From assembly GCA_902768795.1 (NCBI GenBank), contig CACXMS010000003.1:42816-106815 (forward strand): DNA of 64,000 nt. The letters run 5' to 3'. Every line of letters begins with the position of its first letter. Position 1 is the first letter of the stretch. Under the pieces are notes generated by a model, which did not search any database, was not told the DNA's origin, and was given only the letters and a program-made list of their open reading frames with translations. Positions 9,464 to 20,971 of the stretch are shown here, in pieces. Source of the DNA: an uncultured Eubacteriales bacterium. Lineage in GTDB: Bacteria > Bacillota > Clostridia > Christensenellales > CAG-138. Both the position numbers and the translations under genes were made by a program.

Positions 9464-10297
9464 TTAGCTGTTCATTCGAATCGTCAGCGTATCGAACGTA
9501 CGGTCGAGATCGGCATTTTCCTTCCACGCGCTGCCGAGCGCCACGCCCGGACGGTTGTCGCCGTGGAAATCGCTGCCGCAGGTGATCAGAAGACCGAGCT
9601 GATGGCCCAGCGATGCGAACATTTGCGTCTGCCGCGGCGAGGACGACGGATAGTATGCTTCAATCCCCATCAAGCCGAGATCGGTCAGCTCCCGAACCAG
9701 CGCGTGCGGGTTATCACGGATGTGGCACGGATGCGCGAGTACCGGAAGCCCGTCCGCAATATGGATCATGTCGATCACCTGCTTCGGTGTAAACCGCTGT
9801 TCTGCATAATACCCGACCTGCCCCGGACGCAGATACTTTGCAAACGCATCGCGCACGTCGGACGCAGCCTGCATTGCGACGAGCGCTTTTGCGATGTGCA
9901 GCTTGGTCGTGCGCTCGGGCGGACGGTCGATCCATTCCCCGACCGGATATCCGGCTTCCTTCAGCTTCCCGTAGATCGTGCGGTTCCGTTTTTCACGCCG
10001 CTGCCGCGCAATCTCAAGGCATTGGTTCAGCGTCGGGTTTTCGGGATCTATGTCCAGTCCGATGATGTGCAGTTCGTGCCGCCACTCGTTGTCCATCTCC
10101 ACCGCCGGAAGCACCGGCAGACCGATCCGCTTTCCGGCTTCAACCGCTTCGGCTACGCCGCCGATGTTGTCATGGTCGGTCAAAGCAAGCAGCCGAACGC
10201 CTTCTTTTGCCGCCGACGCGACAAGCTCGGTCGGCGTATACGTTCCGTCGGAAACAATGCTGTGCGAATGGAAGTCGAACTTTTTCTCCGCGCTCAT
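9464..10297 (-). CDS. PHP-domain phosphoesterase
   Basis: DFHSHS.SDG, LTDHD, AHP, GSDFHG. Confidence 0.92.
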   Translation of the reverse strand: MSAEKKFDFHSHSIVSDGTYTPTELVASAAKEGVRLLALTDHDNIGGVAEAVEAGKRIGLPVLPAVEMDNEWRHELHIIGLDIDPENPTLNQCLEIARQRREKRNRTIYGKLKEAGYPVGEWIDRPPERTTKLHIAKALVAMQAASDVRDAFAKYLRPGQVGYYAEQRFTPKQVIDMIHIADGLPVLAHPCHIRDNPHALVRELTDLGLMGIEAYYPSSSPRQTQMFASLGHQLGLLITCGSDFHGDNRPGVALGSAWKENADLDRTFDTLTIRMNS

Positions 10298-12333
10298 TGC
10301 TCCCGGCCGCCTTCGGCTTCAGTCGGCGTTTCAACAGGGCTCTGGACCGTTTCCTGCGATGTTTCTTCCTTTACCGTCTCTTCCGCGGTCGGTTTCTTTT
10401 GCATGACCTCGTCGGCATCCTGCCCGCGATACACGGCTTCAAACTGCTCGCCGGTCACGCGCTCATATTTGAGCAGCATTTCGGCAACCGCGGTCAGACG
10501 ATCCCTGTGTTCGGAAATGATCGCTTCCGCGCGCTCGAACTGCTCCTCGAGAATGCGGCGCATCTCCACGTCGATCTTCGCCGCGAGCTCCTCGGAATAG
10601 TTCTTGCTGTGGCCCCAGTCCTTTGCAATAAAGACTTCGGTGTCGCCGCCGACGAACACGGGGCCGACCGCATCGGACATGCCGTATTCCTCGACCATCT
10701 TACGGGCGATTTCGCTCGCCTGCTTCAAATCCTGGATCGCGCCGGTGGAAACGTCCGTAAACGCGACCTTTTCGGCAACACGGCCGCCCATCGTCATACA
10801 GATCCGGTCCAGCAGATGCGACTTCAGCGTATGATGCAGATCCTCGCTCGGCAGCATCATCGTATAACCGGCCGCCATACCGCGGGAAATGATCGAAACC
10901 TCATGCAGCTTGTCGCAATGCTCGAGTTCGATTGCAAGAATCGCGTGGCCGCTTTCGTGGAACGCGGTAATTCTGTTGTCCTCAGGCGTAACGACACGGC
11001 TCCTCTTTTCCGGGCCCATTTCAACGCGCGTGACCGCTTCTTCGAGATCGTGCTGTTCGATCCACTTGCGGTTCGCACGGGTCGCAAGGATCGCCGCTTC
11101 GTTCAGAACATTCTCGAGGTCCGCGCCGGTAAAGTACGGCGTGCGCCGCGCGAGCGTTTTCAGATCCACGTTCGGCGCGAATTTCTTGTTGCGCGCATGT
11201 ACCTTCAGAATGTCCTCGCGGCCCTTCACGTCCGGATACCCGACCATGATTCTTCGGTCGAACCGACCGGGACGCAGCAAAGCGGGATCAAGAATGTCGG
11301 CACGGTTCGTCGCCGCGATGACAATGATGCCCTCGTTCGGCGCAAAACCGTCCATTTCGACCAGCAGCTGGTTCAGCGTCTGTTCGCGCTCGTCATGACC
11401 GCCGCCGAGACCCGCGCCGCGCTGACGGCCGACCGCATCGATCTCGTCGATAAACACGACCGCAGGCGCGCTGCGCTTGGCGGTATTGAACAGATCGCGT
11501 ACGCGCGAAGCGCCGACGCCGACGAACATCTCAACGAAGTCCGAACCGGAGATCGAGAAGAACGGCACCTTCGCCTCCCCCGCGACCGCCTTTGCCATCA
11601 GCGTTTTGCCGGTGCCCGGTGGGCCGACGAGCAGTACGCCCTTCGGGATCCGCGCGCCCATCTCGCTGAAACGCTGCGGCGCGCGCATGAATTCGACGAC
11701 TTCCTGCAGCTCTTCCTTTTCCTCCACAAGACCGGCCACGTCCTTGAACGTCACCTTATCGGTCGAGGAATCGAGCGTACGGGCGTTTGCCTTCGAGAAA
11801 TTCATCATCTGCTGACCGCCGCCCTGCTGCCGCACGAAGAAGAAAACGATGAATCCGATCAGCAGAAACTCGATGATGTACGGGAGCAAAACCAGAAAGA
11901 TCGGCGTTCCTTCCGGCAGCGCGCTGTTCATCACGAAACCGTAGTCGGACGGCAGGATCGAATCCTTCTCTTTTCCGGTTTTCTCGGCAGCGAGCGTACG
12001 CATGCTGTCGGTAAACGTCTCGTTGCTGAGGTACAGAACAAAGTCCGCTTTGTCGGGCAGAGCGGTCGCGTCCGCCTCGTTCGAACGGTACATGCCGTAA
12101 AACGTGCCGCTGTCAAGCACTTCATGAACGGCCTTGATGTTGTCCTTCCGGTATGCTTCGGCAAACTCGTCAAAGTTGATTTCCTTGACCTTGCCCGAAG
12201 AGCAGCCGTTTGTGACCATGAAGATCATCATGCCGATGATCAGCGCCCAGATGAGAACGGAAATAATCCCCCGCATCCGAAGCACCGGCCGCTTCTGGTT
12301 GTTGTTATTGTTGTTATTGTTATCTTGTTCCAA
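10294..12333 (-). CDS. ftsH: ATP-dependent zinc metalloprotease FtsH
   Basis: 2 [22 protein letters not shown]; TTG start inferred from GGAGG spacing. Confidence 0.96.
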   Translation of the reverse strand: MEQDNNNNNNNNQKRPVLRMRGIISVLIWALIIGMMIFMVTNGCSSGKVKEINFDEFAEAYRKDNIKAVHEVLDSGTFYGMYRSNEADATALPDKADFVLYLSNETFTDSMRTLAAEKTGKEKDSILPSDYGFVMNSALPEGTPIFLVLLPYIIEFLLIGFIVFFFVRQQGGGQQMMNFSKANARTLDSSTDKVTFKDVAGLVEEKEELQEVVEFMRAPQRFSEMGARIPKGVLLVGPPGTGKTLMAKAVAGEAKVPFFSISGSDFVEMFVGVGASRVRDLFNTAKRSAPAVVFIDEIDAVGRQRGAGLGGGHDEREQTLNQLLVEMDGFAPNEGIIVIAATNRADILDPALLRPGRFDRRIMVGYPDVKGREDILKVHARNKKFAPNVDLKTLARRTPYFTGADLENVLNEAAILATRANRKWIEQHDLEEAVTRVEMGPEKRSRVVTPEDNRITAFHESGHAILAIELEHCDKLHEVSIISRGMAAGYTMMLPSEDLHHTLKSHLLDRICMTMGGRVAEKVAFTDVSTGAIQDLKQASEIARKMVEEYGMSDAVGPVFVGGDTEVFIAKDWGHSKNYSEELAAKIDVEMRRILEEQFERAEAIISEHRDRLTAVAEMLLKYERVTGEQFEAVYRGQDADEVMQKKPTAEETVKEETSQETVQSPVETPTEAEGGREQ

Positions 12334-12371
12334 TTGCATCCTCCGTCCCGCGCCCCACGGGATTCTCTATG

Positions 12372-12911
12372 TTAATTTGCGTAAACCTCGGGCTTCAATA
12401 CGCCGATATACGGCAGATTGCGGTAAATGCCCTTATAGTCGAGCCCGAATCCGACTACGAATTCGTTCGGAACCGTAAATCCGCAGTAATCCGGCGTGAT
12501 GTCCACCTCCCTGCGGCTCGGTTTATCCAGCAGGCAGGCGATTTTGACTGATTCCGGCTTCCGTTCCTTCAGCATCTTGACCAGATAGGTCAGCGTATAG
12601 CCGCTGTCCATGATATCCTCGACGATCAGAACATGCTTGCCCGTGATGCTTGTGTCGCAATCCTTTGTGATCTTGACGATGCCGCTCGTCTTCTGCGCGT
12701 CGCCGTAGCTCGAAATGCCCATGAAGTCCATCTTCATGTGTACCGTAATCGCGCGGCACAGATCCGCGAAAAAGATGCTCGCGCCCTTCAGCACGCAGAT
12801 CACAACGATCTCCTGTCCGTCGTAATCTTTCGAGATTTGCTCCCCGAGTTCTCTGACGCGCTTTGCAATCTCTTCTTCAGAAACGAGAACCTTCTCGATT
12901 CCCTGCGCCAT
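12372..12911 (-). CDS. hpt: Hypoxanthine phosphoribosyltransferase
   Basis: [24 protein letters not shown]; tilS-hpt-ftsH synteny. Confidence 0.95.
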   Translation of the reverse strand: MAQGIEKVLVSEEEIAKRVRELGEQISKDYDGQEIVVICVLKGASIFFADLCRAITVHMKMDFMGISSYGDAQKTSGIVKITKDCDTSITGKHVLIVEDIMDSGYTLTYLVKMLKERKPESVKIACLLDKPSRREVDITPDYCGFTVPNEFVVGFGLDYKGIYRNLPYIGVLKPEVYAN

Positions 12912-14241
12912 AAAGTCTTTCCCCCACATACGCCTGATCCTCCTCAAAATTGATTTTCAAAATATGCTCTGTCCCGGCGCATACGCGCGCCCGTTCATCG
13001 ATCGTATATCCCAAAACGGCAAGAATGCCGTTTTCGTCCGCAAGAACCGGACCGCCGCGAAAAAAGCGCGGCACTTTCCGGTCGGTAAAATAATCGCTGA
13101 GCAGCTTGCTGCCGCCGAGCCCGAACGGGCGGAACCGATCGCCTTCCCGCGGGGAACGAACCGACAGCGTCCCGCGCACGGCGTCCGCGTTGAGATACAC
13201 GGTCTCGGAGTCGCACGGAAACAACGCCTCCGGCACAATCTGTGAAGAAACCGTTCCGCCCGGCACGCGAACCGATCCGCCGATCGGAAGCTCCTCCGCG
13301 TACGGCTCCGATCCGATGCGTCCGACAAGCAGCCGTTTTGCCGACGTCCATGCCGTAAAGCCGAATTTCAGGTCGCGCCGCGTTCCCGTCTGCGCCGTCA
13401 GCAGCGAATCGAGCGTCTCCAGATCGCTGCGCTCATACGTCGCATAAGGCAGATATCGCTTCAGAACGCGCATCCGGATCGGGGCGTCCATCGCCGCAAG
13501 CTCTTCCCTCGTCGGATCGCTTTGAAAAGCGCGCTCCGCAACGCCGTCCAGCCAATCCGCATCGGCTGCGACAAGCGAAGCGGCTTTGGCCAGCGCTTCG
13601 GAAACATTCGGACGAATCGCTTCCAATGCCGGCAGGATCCCATGCCGGATCCGATTGCGAAGCGCATCGGTCTGCTCGTTCGTCGAATCCTCGCAGTACG
13701 GCTCGCCGCGCTCCGCAAGATACGCCAGAAGGTCGGATTTCGGAACGGAAAGGAACGGGCGGATCAGATCCCCGCTGCGCTCCCGCATTCCGGCAAGGCC
13801 GTCCGTTCCGCAGCCGCGCAGCAAATGCAGCAGCAGCGTTTCGGCCTGATCGTCCCGATGGTGCGCCGTCGCCAAAAACCGCAGTCCGCGCGCGCTTTTT
13901 TCGGCGTTCAAAAACGCGTAACGCGCGGTTCGCGCAGCCGTTTCCAGCGACACGCCTTTTTCGGACGCCAGCGCGGGAACATCCGCAAAGCCCTCCGCAT
14001 ACGGCACCGCGAGCCGCTCGCACAAAGCGCGGCAAAATGCGGCGTCACGGTCGGCTTCCGCTCCGCGAATTCCGTGGTTCAGATGCGCTGCGGCGATCGG
14101 GCCGATTTTTCCCGCGCTTTGCAGCCGTTTCATTTCCAAAAGCAGCGCCACGGAATCCGCGCCGCCGGAAAGTGCGATCAGAATGCCGTCCTCTGAGGAA
14201 ACGCCGCAGCGAAGCAAAACGTCTTCCCGCAATACCAACAT
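12877..14241 (-). CDS. tilS: tRNA(Ile)-lysidine synthase
   Basis: [30 protein letters not shown]. Confidence 0.95.
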   Translation of the reverse strand: MLVLREDVLLRCGVSSEDGILIALSGGADSVALLLEMKRLQSAGKIGPIAAAHLNHGIRGAEADRDAAFCRALCERLAVPYAEGFADVPALASEKGVSLETAARTARYAFLNAEKSARGLRFLATAHHRDDQAETLLLHLLRGCGTDGLAGMRERSGDLIRPFLSVPKSDLLAYLAERGEPYCEDSTNEQTDALRNRIRHGILPALEAIRPNVSEALAKAASLVAADADWLDGVAERAFQSDPTREELAAMDAPIRMRVLKRYLPYATYERSDLETLDSLLTAQTGTRRDLKFGFTAWTSAKRLLVGRIGSEPYAEELPIGGSVRVPGGTVSSQIVPEALFPCDSETVYLNADAVRGTLSVRSPREGDRFRPFGLGGSKLLSDYFTDRKVPRFFRGGPVLADENGILAVLGYTIDERARVCAGTEHILKINFEEDQAYVGERLYGAGNREGSRF

Positions 14242-14372
14242 GAAAAACAACTCCGGATACAGATATTTTTATGATACCCTTATTTTGCGCTTTTTGCAAG
14301 GGCAAAATGAAAAAACCGTATGGCTTTTATGAAAACAAATGTCGATTCCGCGCCAACCTTGCCGCATTCCGT

Positions 14373-15320
14373 TCAGGATACGACATGAATCGGCGAACCA
14401 TTCAGAAATGCCGCAAGGTTCGCCGCCGAAACGTCGATCAGCTTCTGGCGCGTCAAGACCGGCGACCATGCGTAATGCGACGTCAGAAAACAGTTCGGCG
14501 CGTCAAGAAGCGGATTTGATTTTGCGATCGGTTCGGTCGAAACCACATCGGCGGCAAACGCGGAAAGCTTGCCGCTTCGCAGCGCTTCCGCCACATCGGA
14601 CTCGTTCACGAGACTGCCGCGCGCCGTGTTGATCAGAATCGCCCCATCCTTCATCTGTCCGATCGTTTCGCGCCGGATCATGCCGACCGTGTCCGCGGTC
14701 GCCGGACAGTGCAGCGACAGCACGTCCGATTGCGAAAGCACCTCCGAAAAGGACAGCCGCTCGCCGCAAAACGCTGCGTTTTCGCTGCGGCTGTATCCGA
14801 TCACGCGCATGCCGAGCGCCTGCGCGATCTTTGCCGTCCGACAGCCGATTCGCCCCGTTCCGATCACGCCGAACGTCATGCCGTCCAGCAGAATCGGCGC
14901 TTTGTCCCAATAGCAGAAATCCGGCGACGCCGTCCACTGTCCCTGATGTACGAGGCGGTCGATCCGGTATGCGCGCTGCGTCAGATCGAGCAGCATTGCG
15001 ATCGCAAGCTGCGCCACGGCCTCGGTGCTGTACGCCGGAACGTTGCAGACCGTGATGCCGCGCTCGCGCGCCGCCGCAAGATCGATATTATCGTATCCGG
15101 TCGCCAGCTCGCCGATAAATTTCAGCTGCCGGGCGGTCCGAAGCACCTCGCGCGTCATGCGAACCTTGTTGACAAACACCGCGTCCGCGCCGCGCAGCCG
15201 CTGCGCGACCATGGACGGATGCGTCCGATCATACACGGATACGGTGCCGAGCTTTTTCAGCGGCGACCAGTCGAGATCGCCGGGATTGACGCTGAAGCCG
15301 TCCAAAACTACAATCTGCAT
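14373..15320 (-). CDS. D-2-hydroxyacid dehydrogenase (glycerate dehydrogenase-like)
   Basis: GTGRIG, SLHCP, INTARG. Confidence 0.9.
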   Translation of the reverse strand: MQIVVLDGFSVNPGDLDWSPLKKLGTVSVYDRTHPSMVAQRLRGADAVFVNKVRMTREVLRTARQLKFIGELATGYDNIDLAAARERGITVCNVPAYSTEAVAQLAIAMLLDLTQRAYRIDRLVHQGQWTASPDFCYWDKAPILLDGMTFGVIGTGRIGCRTAKIAQALGMRVIGYSRSENAAFCGERLSFSEVLSQSDVLSLHCPATADTVGMIRRETIGQMKDGAILINTARGSLVNESDVAEALRSGKLSAFAADVVSTEPIAKSNPLLDAPNCFLTSHYAWSPVLTRQKLIDVSAANLAAFLNGSPIHVVS

Positions 15321-15461
15321 AACAACCCTCCCTTTCCAATTTTATTATATCCCGCATTCGGTGCGGCGGCAAGGAAACAAATCGTTAACGTATCTTCTGT
15401 TCCTCTGCAAAAAGCGATCCGACTGCGGCCGCGCGCCGTGTAGAAATTCGGTAAAAACAGC

Positions 15462-15490
15462 TTGACAAACAGAGGGATTCGATTGATAAT
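15462..15490 (+). promoter_or_regulatory. sigmaA promoter of glyQS
   Basis: TTGACA-17-GATAAT, 30 nt upstream of ATG. Confidence 0.7.
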
Positions 15491-15520
15491 AAACCGATAG
15501 GAAAAACGGAGGACGATACG

Positions 15521-16909
15521 ATGGAATATTCGATGGATAAGATCGTCGCGCTCTGCAAAGGCCGCGGCTTTATTTTCGCCGGCAGCGAGATCTACGGCGG
15601 GCTCAGCAATACCTGGGATTACGGCCCCTTAGGCGTGGAGCTGAAAAACAACGTCAAAAAAGCGTGGTGGAGAAAATTCGTGCAGGAAAGCCCGTACAAC
15701 GTCGGTCTCGACGCGGCGATCCTGATGAATTCGGAAACGTGGAAGGCATCCGGGCATCTCGGCGGTTTTGCAGACCCCCTGATGGACTGCCGCGAATGCA
15801 AGGAACGGTTCCGTGCGGACAAGCTGATCGAGGACTGGTGCGCCGAAAACGCGTTCACACTCGAAAAGCCGATCGACGCATTCACGCAGCCCGAGATGAA
15901 AGCGTTCATCGAGGAGCATCAGATCCCCTGCCCCACCTGCGGCAAGCATAACTTCACGGACATCCGGCAGTTCAACCTGATGTTCAAGACGTTCCAGGGC
16001 GTCACGGAGGACGCAAAGAACACCGTGTATCTGCGTCCCGAAACGGCGCAGGGCATCTTTGTCAACTTTGCAAACGTCCAGCGCACGACGCGCAAAAAGC
16101 TCCCGTTCGGCATCGGACAGATCGGCAAATCGTTCCGCAACGAGATCACGCCGGGCAACTTCATCTTCCGCGTCCGCGAATTTGAGCAGATGGAGCTTGA
16201 GTTCTTCTGCGAGCCCGGCACCGACCTCGAATGGTTCGATTACTGGCGCTCGTACTGCAAAAACTTCCTGCTCTCGATCGGCATCAAAGAGGAGAACCTC
16301 CGCACGCGCGACCACGATCCCGAGGAACTGGTGTTCTACTCCAAGGCGACGACGGACTTTGAATTTCTGTTCCCGTTCGGCTGGGGCGAGCTCTGGGGCG
16401 TTGCGGACCGTACCGACTACGATCTGACGCAGCATCAGAACGCCTCCGGCAAGGATCTGACCTACTACAACCCGGAACGCAACGAACGGTACATCCCCTA
16501 CGTCATCGAGCCGTCGCTCGGCGTCGAGCGCACGGTGCTCGCGGTTCTCTGCAACGCATACGACGAGCAGACGCTCGAAAACAACGACGTCCGCACGGTT
16601 CTCCACCTGCATCCGGCGCTGGCGCCGTTCAAGGCCGCCGTGCTGCCGCTCTCGAAGAAGCTCTCCGAAGGCGCCGCCGAGGTTTACCGTATGCTGTCGA
16701 AGCATTTCATGGTCGACTTCGACGAAACCGGCTCAATCGGCAAGCGGTATCGCCGCGAGGATGAGATCGGCACGCCGCTGTGCGTCACCTATGATTTTGA
16801 CTCCGTCAACGACGGCTGCGTCACCGTGCGCGACCGCGATACGATGGAACAGGTGCGGATCCCGATCACGGATCTGAAAGCATACATCGAAGCGCGCCTC
16901 GATTTCTGA
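15521..16909 (+). CDS. glyQS: Glycine--tRNA ligase (alpha2 type)
   Basis: [36 protein letters not shown]. Confidence 0.96.
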   Translation: MEYSMDKIVALCKGRGFIFAGSEIYGGLSNTWDYGPLGVELKNNVKKAWWRKFVQESPYNVGLDAAILMNSETWKASGHLGGFADPLMDCRECKERFRADKLIEDWCAENAFTLEKPIDAFTQPEMKAFIEEHQIPCPTCGKHNFTDIRQFNLMFKTFQGVTEDAKNTVYLRPETAQGIFVNFANVQRTTRKKLPFGIGQIGKSFRNEITPGNFIFRVREFEQMELEFFCEPGTDLEWFDYWRSYCKNFLLSIGIKEENLRTRDHDPEELVFYSKATTDFEFLFPFGWGELWGVADRTDYDLTQHQNASGKDLTYYNPERNERYIPYVIEPSLGVERTVLAVLCNAYDEQTLENNDVRTVLHLHPALAPFKAAVLPLSKKLSEGAAEVYRMLSKHFMVDFDETGSIGKRYRREDEIGTPLCVTYDFDSVNDGCVTVRDRDTMEQVRIPITDLKAYIEARLDF

Positions 16910-16917
16910 CCCGAACC

Positions 16918-16943
16918 GCCTCCCGGATTCCGGGAGGCATTTT
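16918..16943 (+). terminator. Intrinsic terminator after glyQS
   Basis: gcctcccgg..ccgggaggc followed by atttt. Confidence 0.65.
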
Positions 16944-16951
16944 ACCTTTTT

Positions 16952-19150
16952 ATGGTACTGAACGGCATCGTACAAAGCATCATCTATCGGAACGCATCGA
17001 ACGGTTATACCGTTCTTTCCGTGCTGCCCGATACCGGAAAGCAGGCGGTCACGGCCGTCGGGAAAATGCCGCTTCTGGACGTCGGCGATACCGTAGAGAT
17101 GCAGGGCGAAACGACCTACAACGCGCGTTTCGGTTCCCAGTTTTCCGTGCAAAGCTATTCGCGCGTTGCGCCTTCCACGGAAACCGCCATCAAAGCATAC
17201 CTTTCGAGCGGCGTGATCCGCGGCGTCGGACCGAGTCTTGCGAATACAATCGTGTCGCACTTCGGGCTCGATACGCTGCAGATCATCGAGCACGATCCGG
17301 ACCGGCTTCTGGAAGTCCCGGGTATCGGCGCGAAAAAAGCCGCGATGATTCTATCGTCCTACCGTGAGAACGCGCTGCTTCGCAACGTTCTGCTTGCCCT
17401 GGAGCCGTACGGCGTAACCGTGAACCAGGCAAGCCGCATGATCTCCGTTTACGGCGATCTTTGTCTTGCGAAAATTCAGGAAAACCCGTATCAGCTGATC
17501 GATGATATCGACGGCATCGGTTTTCTGACCGCCGACCGGATCGCGCAGAACGTCTCCGGTTTTGAAGCGGATTCGCTTGCGCGGCTGCAAGCCGGCGTTC
17601 GCTACGCGCTGATGCGCGCCAGGGACGAGCGCGGCGACATGTTTCTGCCGCGGGAGGAATTACTCCTCACCTGCCGCAAGCTGCTCGGCGCTGAACCGGA
17701 GATGCTTTCGGACGCCGTGGACTGGATGCTGGACGGCTGCGATCTGGTCGGCGAGCAGGTCGACGGCGTCGACGCGATCTTTCTGCCGTACCTCTCCAAG
17801 ATGGAGGATTACCTTGCAAAGCGGCTCCTGATGCTTCGGAACGCGCCCGCTGCCGAAGTCTGGGATATCGGCGCTGTGGAAACCGAGCTGCAGCTCGAGT
17901 TGTCCGGACAGCAGCGCGACGCCGTTCTTGCCGCGCTGAATGCGGGACTTCTGATCCTGACCGGCGGGCCCGGAACCGGCAAAACGACGATCATCCGCTT
18001 TATCGCGCATCTGATGCAGGAAGCGGGGCTTGCGGTCGCTTTGACGGCGCCGACCGGACGCGCCGCAAAGCGAATGAGCGAGGCAACCGGGTTCGACGCC
18101 TGTACCATCCACCGCCTTCTGGAGTACATTCCGGGCGAAGGGTTCACCCGCAACGCGGAAAACCCGCTGCTCTATGATACGGTGATCGTCGATGAAATGT
18201 CGATGGTCGATGTTCCGCTGATGTACGCGCTTTTGAAAGCCATTCCGAGCGGAACGCGCATGATTCTGGTCGGGGACAGCGATCAGCTTCCGCCGGTCGG
18301 CTGCGGAAGCGTGCTGCTCGACGCGATCCGGTCGGGCTGCGTCCCGACCTGTCGCCTGACCGAAATCTTCCGTCAGGCGCAGCGCAGCCGTATCGTGCAG
18401 AACGCGCATCTTGTCAACGAGGGGCGGATGCCGATCCTGGCTTCGGAAAACTCCGACTTCCTGTTTGAAGAATTGCCGAATCCGGATCGGATCCTGATGC
18501 GAATCACCGATCTGGTTCTGAAGGAACGGAGCCGCCTCGGAACCGCGGAACCGCTGATGGACGTACAGGTGCTTGTTCCGATGAAGACCGGACCGCTCGG
18601 CGTCGCCGCGCTGAACGCGCATCTGCAGCGCGTACTGAACCCGCCCGCCCCCGATAAAATCGAACGGCTGTACGGCGAGACGGTCTTCCGCGAGGGCGAC
18701 AAGATCATGCAGATCAAAAACGATTATAAGACGGAATGGCGCAAAAGCGAACCCGGCGGCGGATACTCCGAAGGAATCGGCGTTTTCAACGGCGACCTCG
18801 GTACGCTCGTTTCGTTGAATCCGGACGCAAAAACGGGAACCGTCGTGTTTGACGACGGACGCGCAGCCGTCTACGAATACTCCAAATTCGATGAACTGGA
18901 GCTTGCGTACTGCATTACGATCCACAAGAGCCAGGGCAGCGAATTTCGCACCGTGCTTCTGCCGCTTGCCGGCGGGCCGCCGATGCTGCTGACCCGCAAC
19001 CTGCTCTATACGGCGATCACGCGGGCGAAGAAACTCGTTTACTGTGTCGGACGTTCGGAAACGATCGCGCGGATGGTGCATACCGCGCAGCACAACGACC
19101 GGCGCACGTCGCTCCGGCAGCGACTGATCGAATATGCGGCGCTTCTCTGA
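16952..19150 (+). CDS. recD2: ATP-dependent RecD-like helicase
   Basis: HhH N-terminus, GGPGTGKT, DEMSM, TIHKSQGSEF. Confidence 0.94.
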   Translation: MVLNGIVQSIIYRNASNGYTVLSVLPDTGKQAVTAVGKMPLLDVGDTVEMQGETTYNARFGSQFSVQSYSRVAPSTETAIKAYLSSGVIRGVGPSLANTIVSHFGLDTLQIIEHDPDRLLEVPGIGAKKAAMILSSYRENALLRNVLLALEPYGVTVNQASRMISVYGDLCLAKIQENPYQLIDDIDGIGFLTADRIAQNVSGFEADSLARLQAGVRYALMRARDERGDMFLPREELLLTCRKLLGAEPEMLSDAVDWMLDGCDLVGEQVDGVDAIFLPYLSKMEDYLAKRLLMLRNAPAAEVWDIGAVETELQLELSGQQRDAVLAALNAGLLILTGGPGTGKTTIIRFIAHLMQEAGLAVALTAPTGRAAKRMSEATGFDACTIHRLLEYIPGEGFTRNAENPLLYDTVIVDEMSMVDVPLMYALLKAIPSGTRMILVGDSDQLPPVGCGSVLLDAIRSGCVPTCRLTEIFRQAQRSRIVQNAHLVNEGRMPILASENSDFLFEELPNPDRILMRITDLVLKERSRLGTAEPLMDVQVLVPMKTGPLGVAALNAHLQRVLNPPAPDKIERLYGETVFREGDKIMQIKNDYKTEWRKSEPGGGYSEGIGVFNGDLGTLVSLNPDAKTGTVVFDDGRAAVYEYSKFDELELAYCITIHKSQGSEFRTVLLPLAGGPPMLLTRNLLYTAITRAKKLVYCVGRSETIARMVHTAQHNDRRTSLRQRLIEYAALL

Positions 19151-19790
19151 CAACCGAATCGGCGAAACGATGCTGGATCTGCTTGCGCCCGGGCCTTACC
19201 ACTGCTACCTTTGCGGACGGGAATCGGTTCTCGACGCGGAAGGGCTTTGTGAGGAGTGTCGGACGCAGGTTCTGCTTTGCCCGACGCCATCCTATTTGCA
19301 GCCGCTGGACGGTCTTTCCGTCGGACTGCAGTACAACGATCTGCTCAAACGCGCCATCCTTTCGATGAAAATGCACCGGAACCGTCAGTTTGCGCCGTTT
19401 CTCGCGCAGTATCTGACGATCCCCGACGCGTGGCAGGCGGATGTTCTTGTTCCGGTTCCGATGCACCCGGCAAGGGAGCTTGTCCGCGGCTTTAATCACA
19501 GCGAATTGCTGACGCAGTATCTCTCTGCGCGGACAAAGATTCCGTACAGCAGCGCGCTGCTGGCAAAAACGCGGTATTCGCTTCCGCAAAAGCGGTTTCT
19601 CGATCCCGCGGCGCGCCGGAAGAATATCCGGAACAGTTTCACCGCGGATCCGGCCTGCAAAGGGCTTCGGATCGTTCTGATCGACGACATCTTCACAACG
19701 GGCGCAACGGTTTACGAATGCGCCAAAACGCTGAAACAGGCGGGCGCGATCCGCGTCTACGCCTGCTGTGTCGCCTCCTCCAGCCGCTGA
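19134..19790 (+). CDS. comF: ComF family phosphoribosyltransferase-like protein
   Basis: N-terminal CxxC pairs, VPVPMH, RGFN, LIDDIFTTGAT. Confidence 0.88.
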   Translation: MRRFSDNRIGETMLDLLAPGPYHCYLCGRESVLDAEGLCEECRTQVLLCPTPSYLQPLDGLSVGLQYNDLLKRAILSMKMHRNRQFAPFLAQYLTIPDAWQADVLVPVPMHPARELVRGFNHSELLTQYLSARTKIPYSSALLAKTRYSLPQKRFLDPAARRKNIRNSFTADPACKGLRIVLIDDIFTTGATVYECAKTLKQAGAIRVYACCVASSSR

Positions 19791-20035
19791 CGCCGCGCGG
19801 CGTATTTATCGTGCGTCGCTTTTCCGCCGCGGATATGCCGCTCCGCCTTGTTGATCTCCAGGATCGCGCGCACTTCTTTCGCAAGTCCCGGATGCATGGA
19901 TTCCAGCCGTGCCGTCACATCTTTGTGCACGGTGCTCTTTCCGGCGTGCAGCACCTTTGCGGCATCGCGCACCGTCGCCCGATGCTCCAGAATGTAGTTC
20001 GCTTCCGCCATGATTCGTTCTTCCAATTCGTACAA
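19757..20035 (-). CDS. spoIIID: Sporulation transcriptional regulator SpoIIID
   Basis: ATVRDAAK..KSTVHKDV..RL..NKAERHIRGG; TTG start inferred. Confidence 0.92.
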   Translation of the reverse strand: MYELEERIMAEANYILEHRATVRDAAKVLHAGKSTVHKDVTARLESMHPGLAKEVRAILEINKAERHIRGGKATHDKYAARRQRLEEATQQA

Positions 20036-20083
20036 ACCGCTTTCCCCCATTCCGGTATGGAAAACTCCCATACACTGTGGTAC

Positions 20084-20112
20084 AGTATATGGGAGCCGGT
20101 TTGCGGTTATGA
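20084..20112 (-). promoter_or_regulatory. sigmaE-type promoter of spoIIID
   Basis: TCATAAC-14-CATATACT on minus strand; spoIIID is a known sigmaE target. Confidence 0.7.
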
Positions 20113-20121
20113 TGGGATTCT

Positions 20122-20919
20122 TTAATAGGATTCAATATTGATTTTCTGCACGACGCCCGCCGGGATTGCGTCAAGACGCGCGTTTGCGATCGACCGGAAC
20201 GATGCGTCGTCGTCGCTGACGTAGTAGGCAACGTCGGACGGCGCATCGTTTTTTTGCAGCGGGATTGCATGCGAAAGCTTTTGGGCAAGCGCCGTGCCGA
20301 TATTCAGCAGCCGGACGCCCGGCAAAAACGCGCCGATGGCGTTCGTCAGGAACGGATAATGCGTGCAGCCGAGGATCAGCGTATCGATATCGGTGTTCCG
20401 GATCGGCGCAAGATACCGTTCGACCGTAAGCAGCGTGATCGGATCGTCCTCGACAAACCCGTTTTCGATCAGCGGCACGAACAATGGGCATGCCACGCCG
20501 GTGACTCTTTTTCCCTCCGAAACGCGCCCGATCTCCTTTGCGTAAGCGCCGCTTTGAACCGTCGCTTTCGTGCCGAGCACGCCGATATGCCCCGTTTTCG
20601 TCATGCGAACGGCTTCGGACGCCGCCGGTTCAATGACGCCGAGAATCGGAATGCGATACCGGCTTCGCAGCAGGTCGATGCACGTCGCGCTGACGGTGCC
20701 GCAGGCGATCACGATCGCCTCCACGCCCTGCGCCAGCAGAAACCGAACGTCCTGTTCCGCATACCGCGCGATCGTTTCGGGGGAGCGGGAACCGTACGGC
20801 ACGCGCGCCGTGTCCCCGAAATAGATGATATCCAGCCCGTCATTGTATCTGCAAATCTCATTCAAGACCGTCAGTCCGCCGAGTCCGCTGTCAAATACGC
20901 CGATTTTTGTCCGTTCCAT
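20122..20919 (-). CDS. murI: Glutamate racemase
   Basis: FDSGLGGLTV, PYG, IACGT, LGCTHYP. Confidence 0.95.
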   Translation of the reverse strand: MERTKIGVFDSGLGGLTVLNEICRYNDGLDIIYFGDTARVPYGSRSPETIARYAEQDVRFLLAQGVEAIVIACGTVSATCIDLLRSRYRIPILGVIEPAASEAVRMTKTGHIGVLGTKATVQSGAYAKEIGRVSEGKRVTGVACPLFVPLIENGFVEDDPITLLTVERYLAPIRNTDIDTLILGCTHYPFLTNAIGAFLPGVRLLNIGTALAQKLSHAIPLQKNDAPSDVAYYVSDDDASFRSIANARLDAIPAGVVQKINIESY

Positions 20920-20971
20920 GTCTCTCTCCGTTTCTTCGATGCCCGTATTATAGCACACACGTCCGTTGGTT

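Noticed and set aside
10207-12375. Long opposite-strand ORFs (722 aa here; also 47403-49826, 52897-55704, 61922-64000)
   Set aside because: Antisense shadows of ftsH, gyrA, secA and others, expected from GC-rich codon bias; no motifs or RBS
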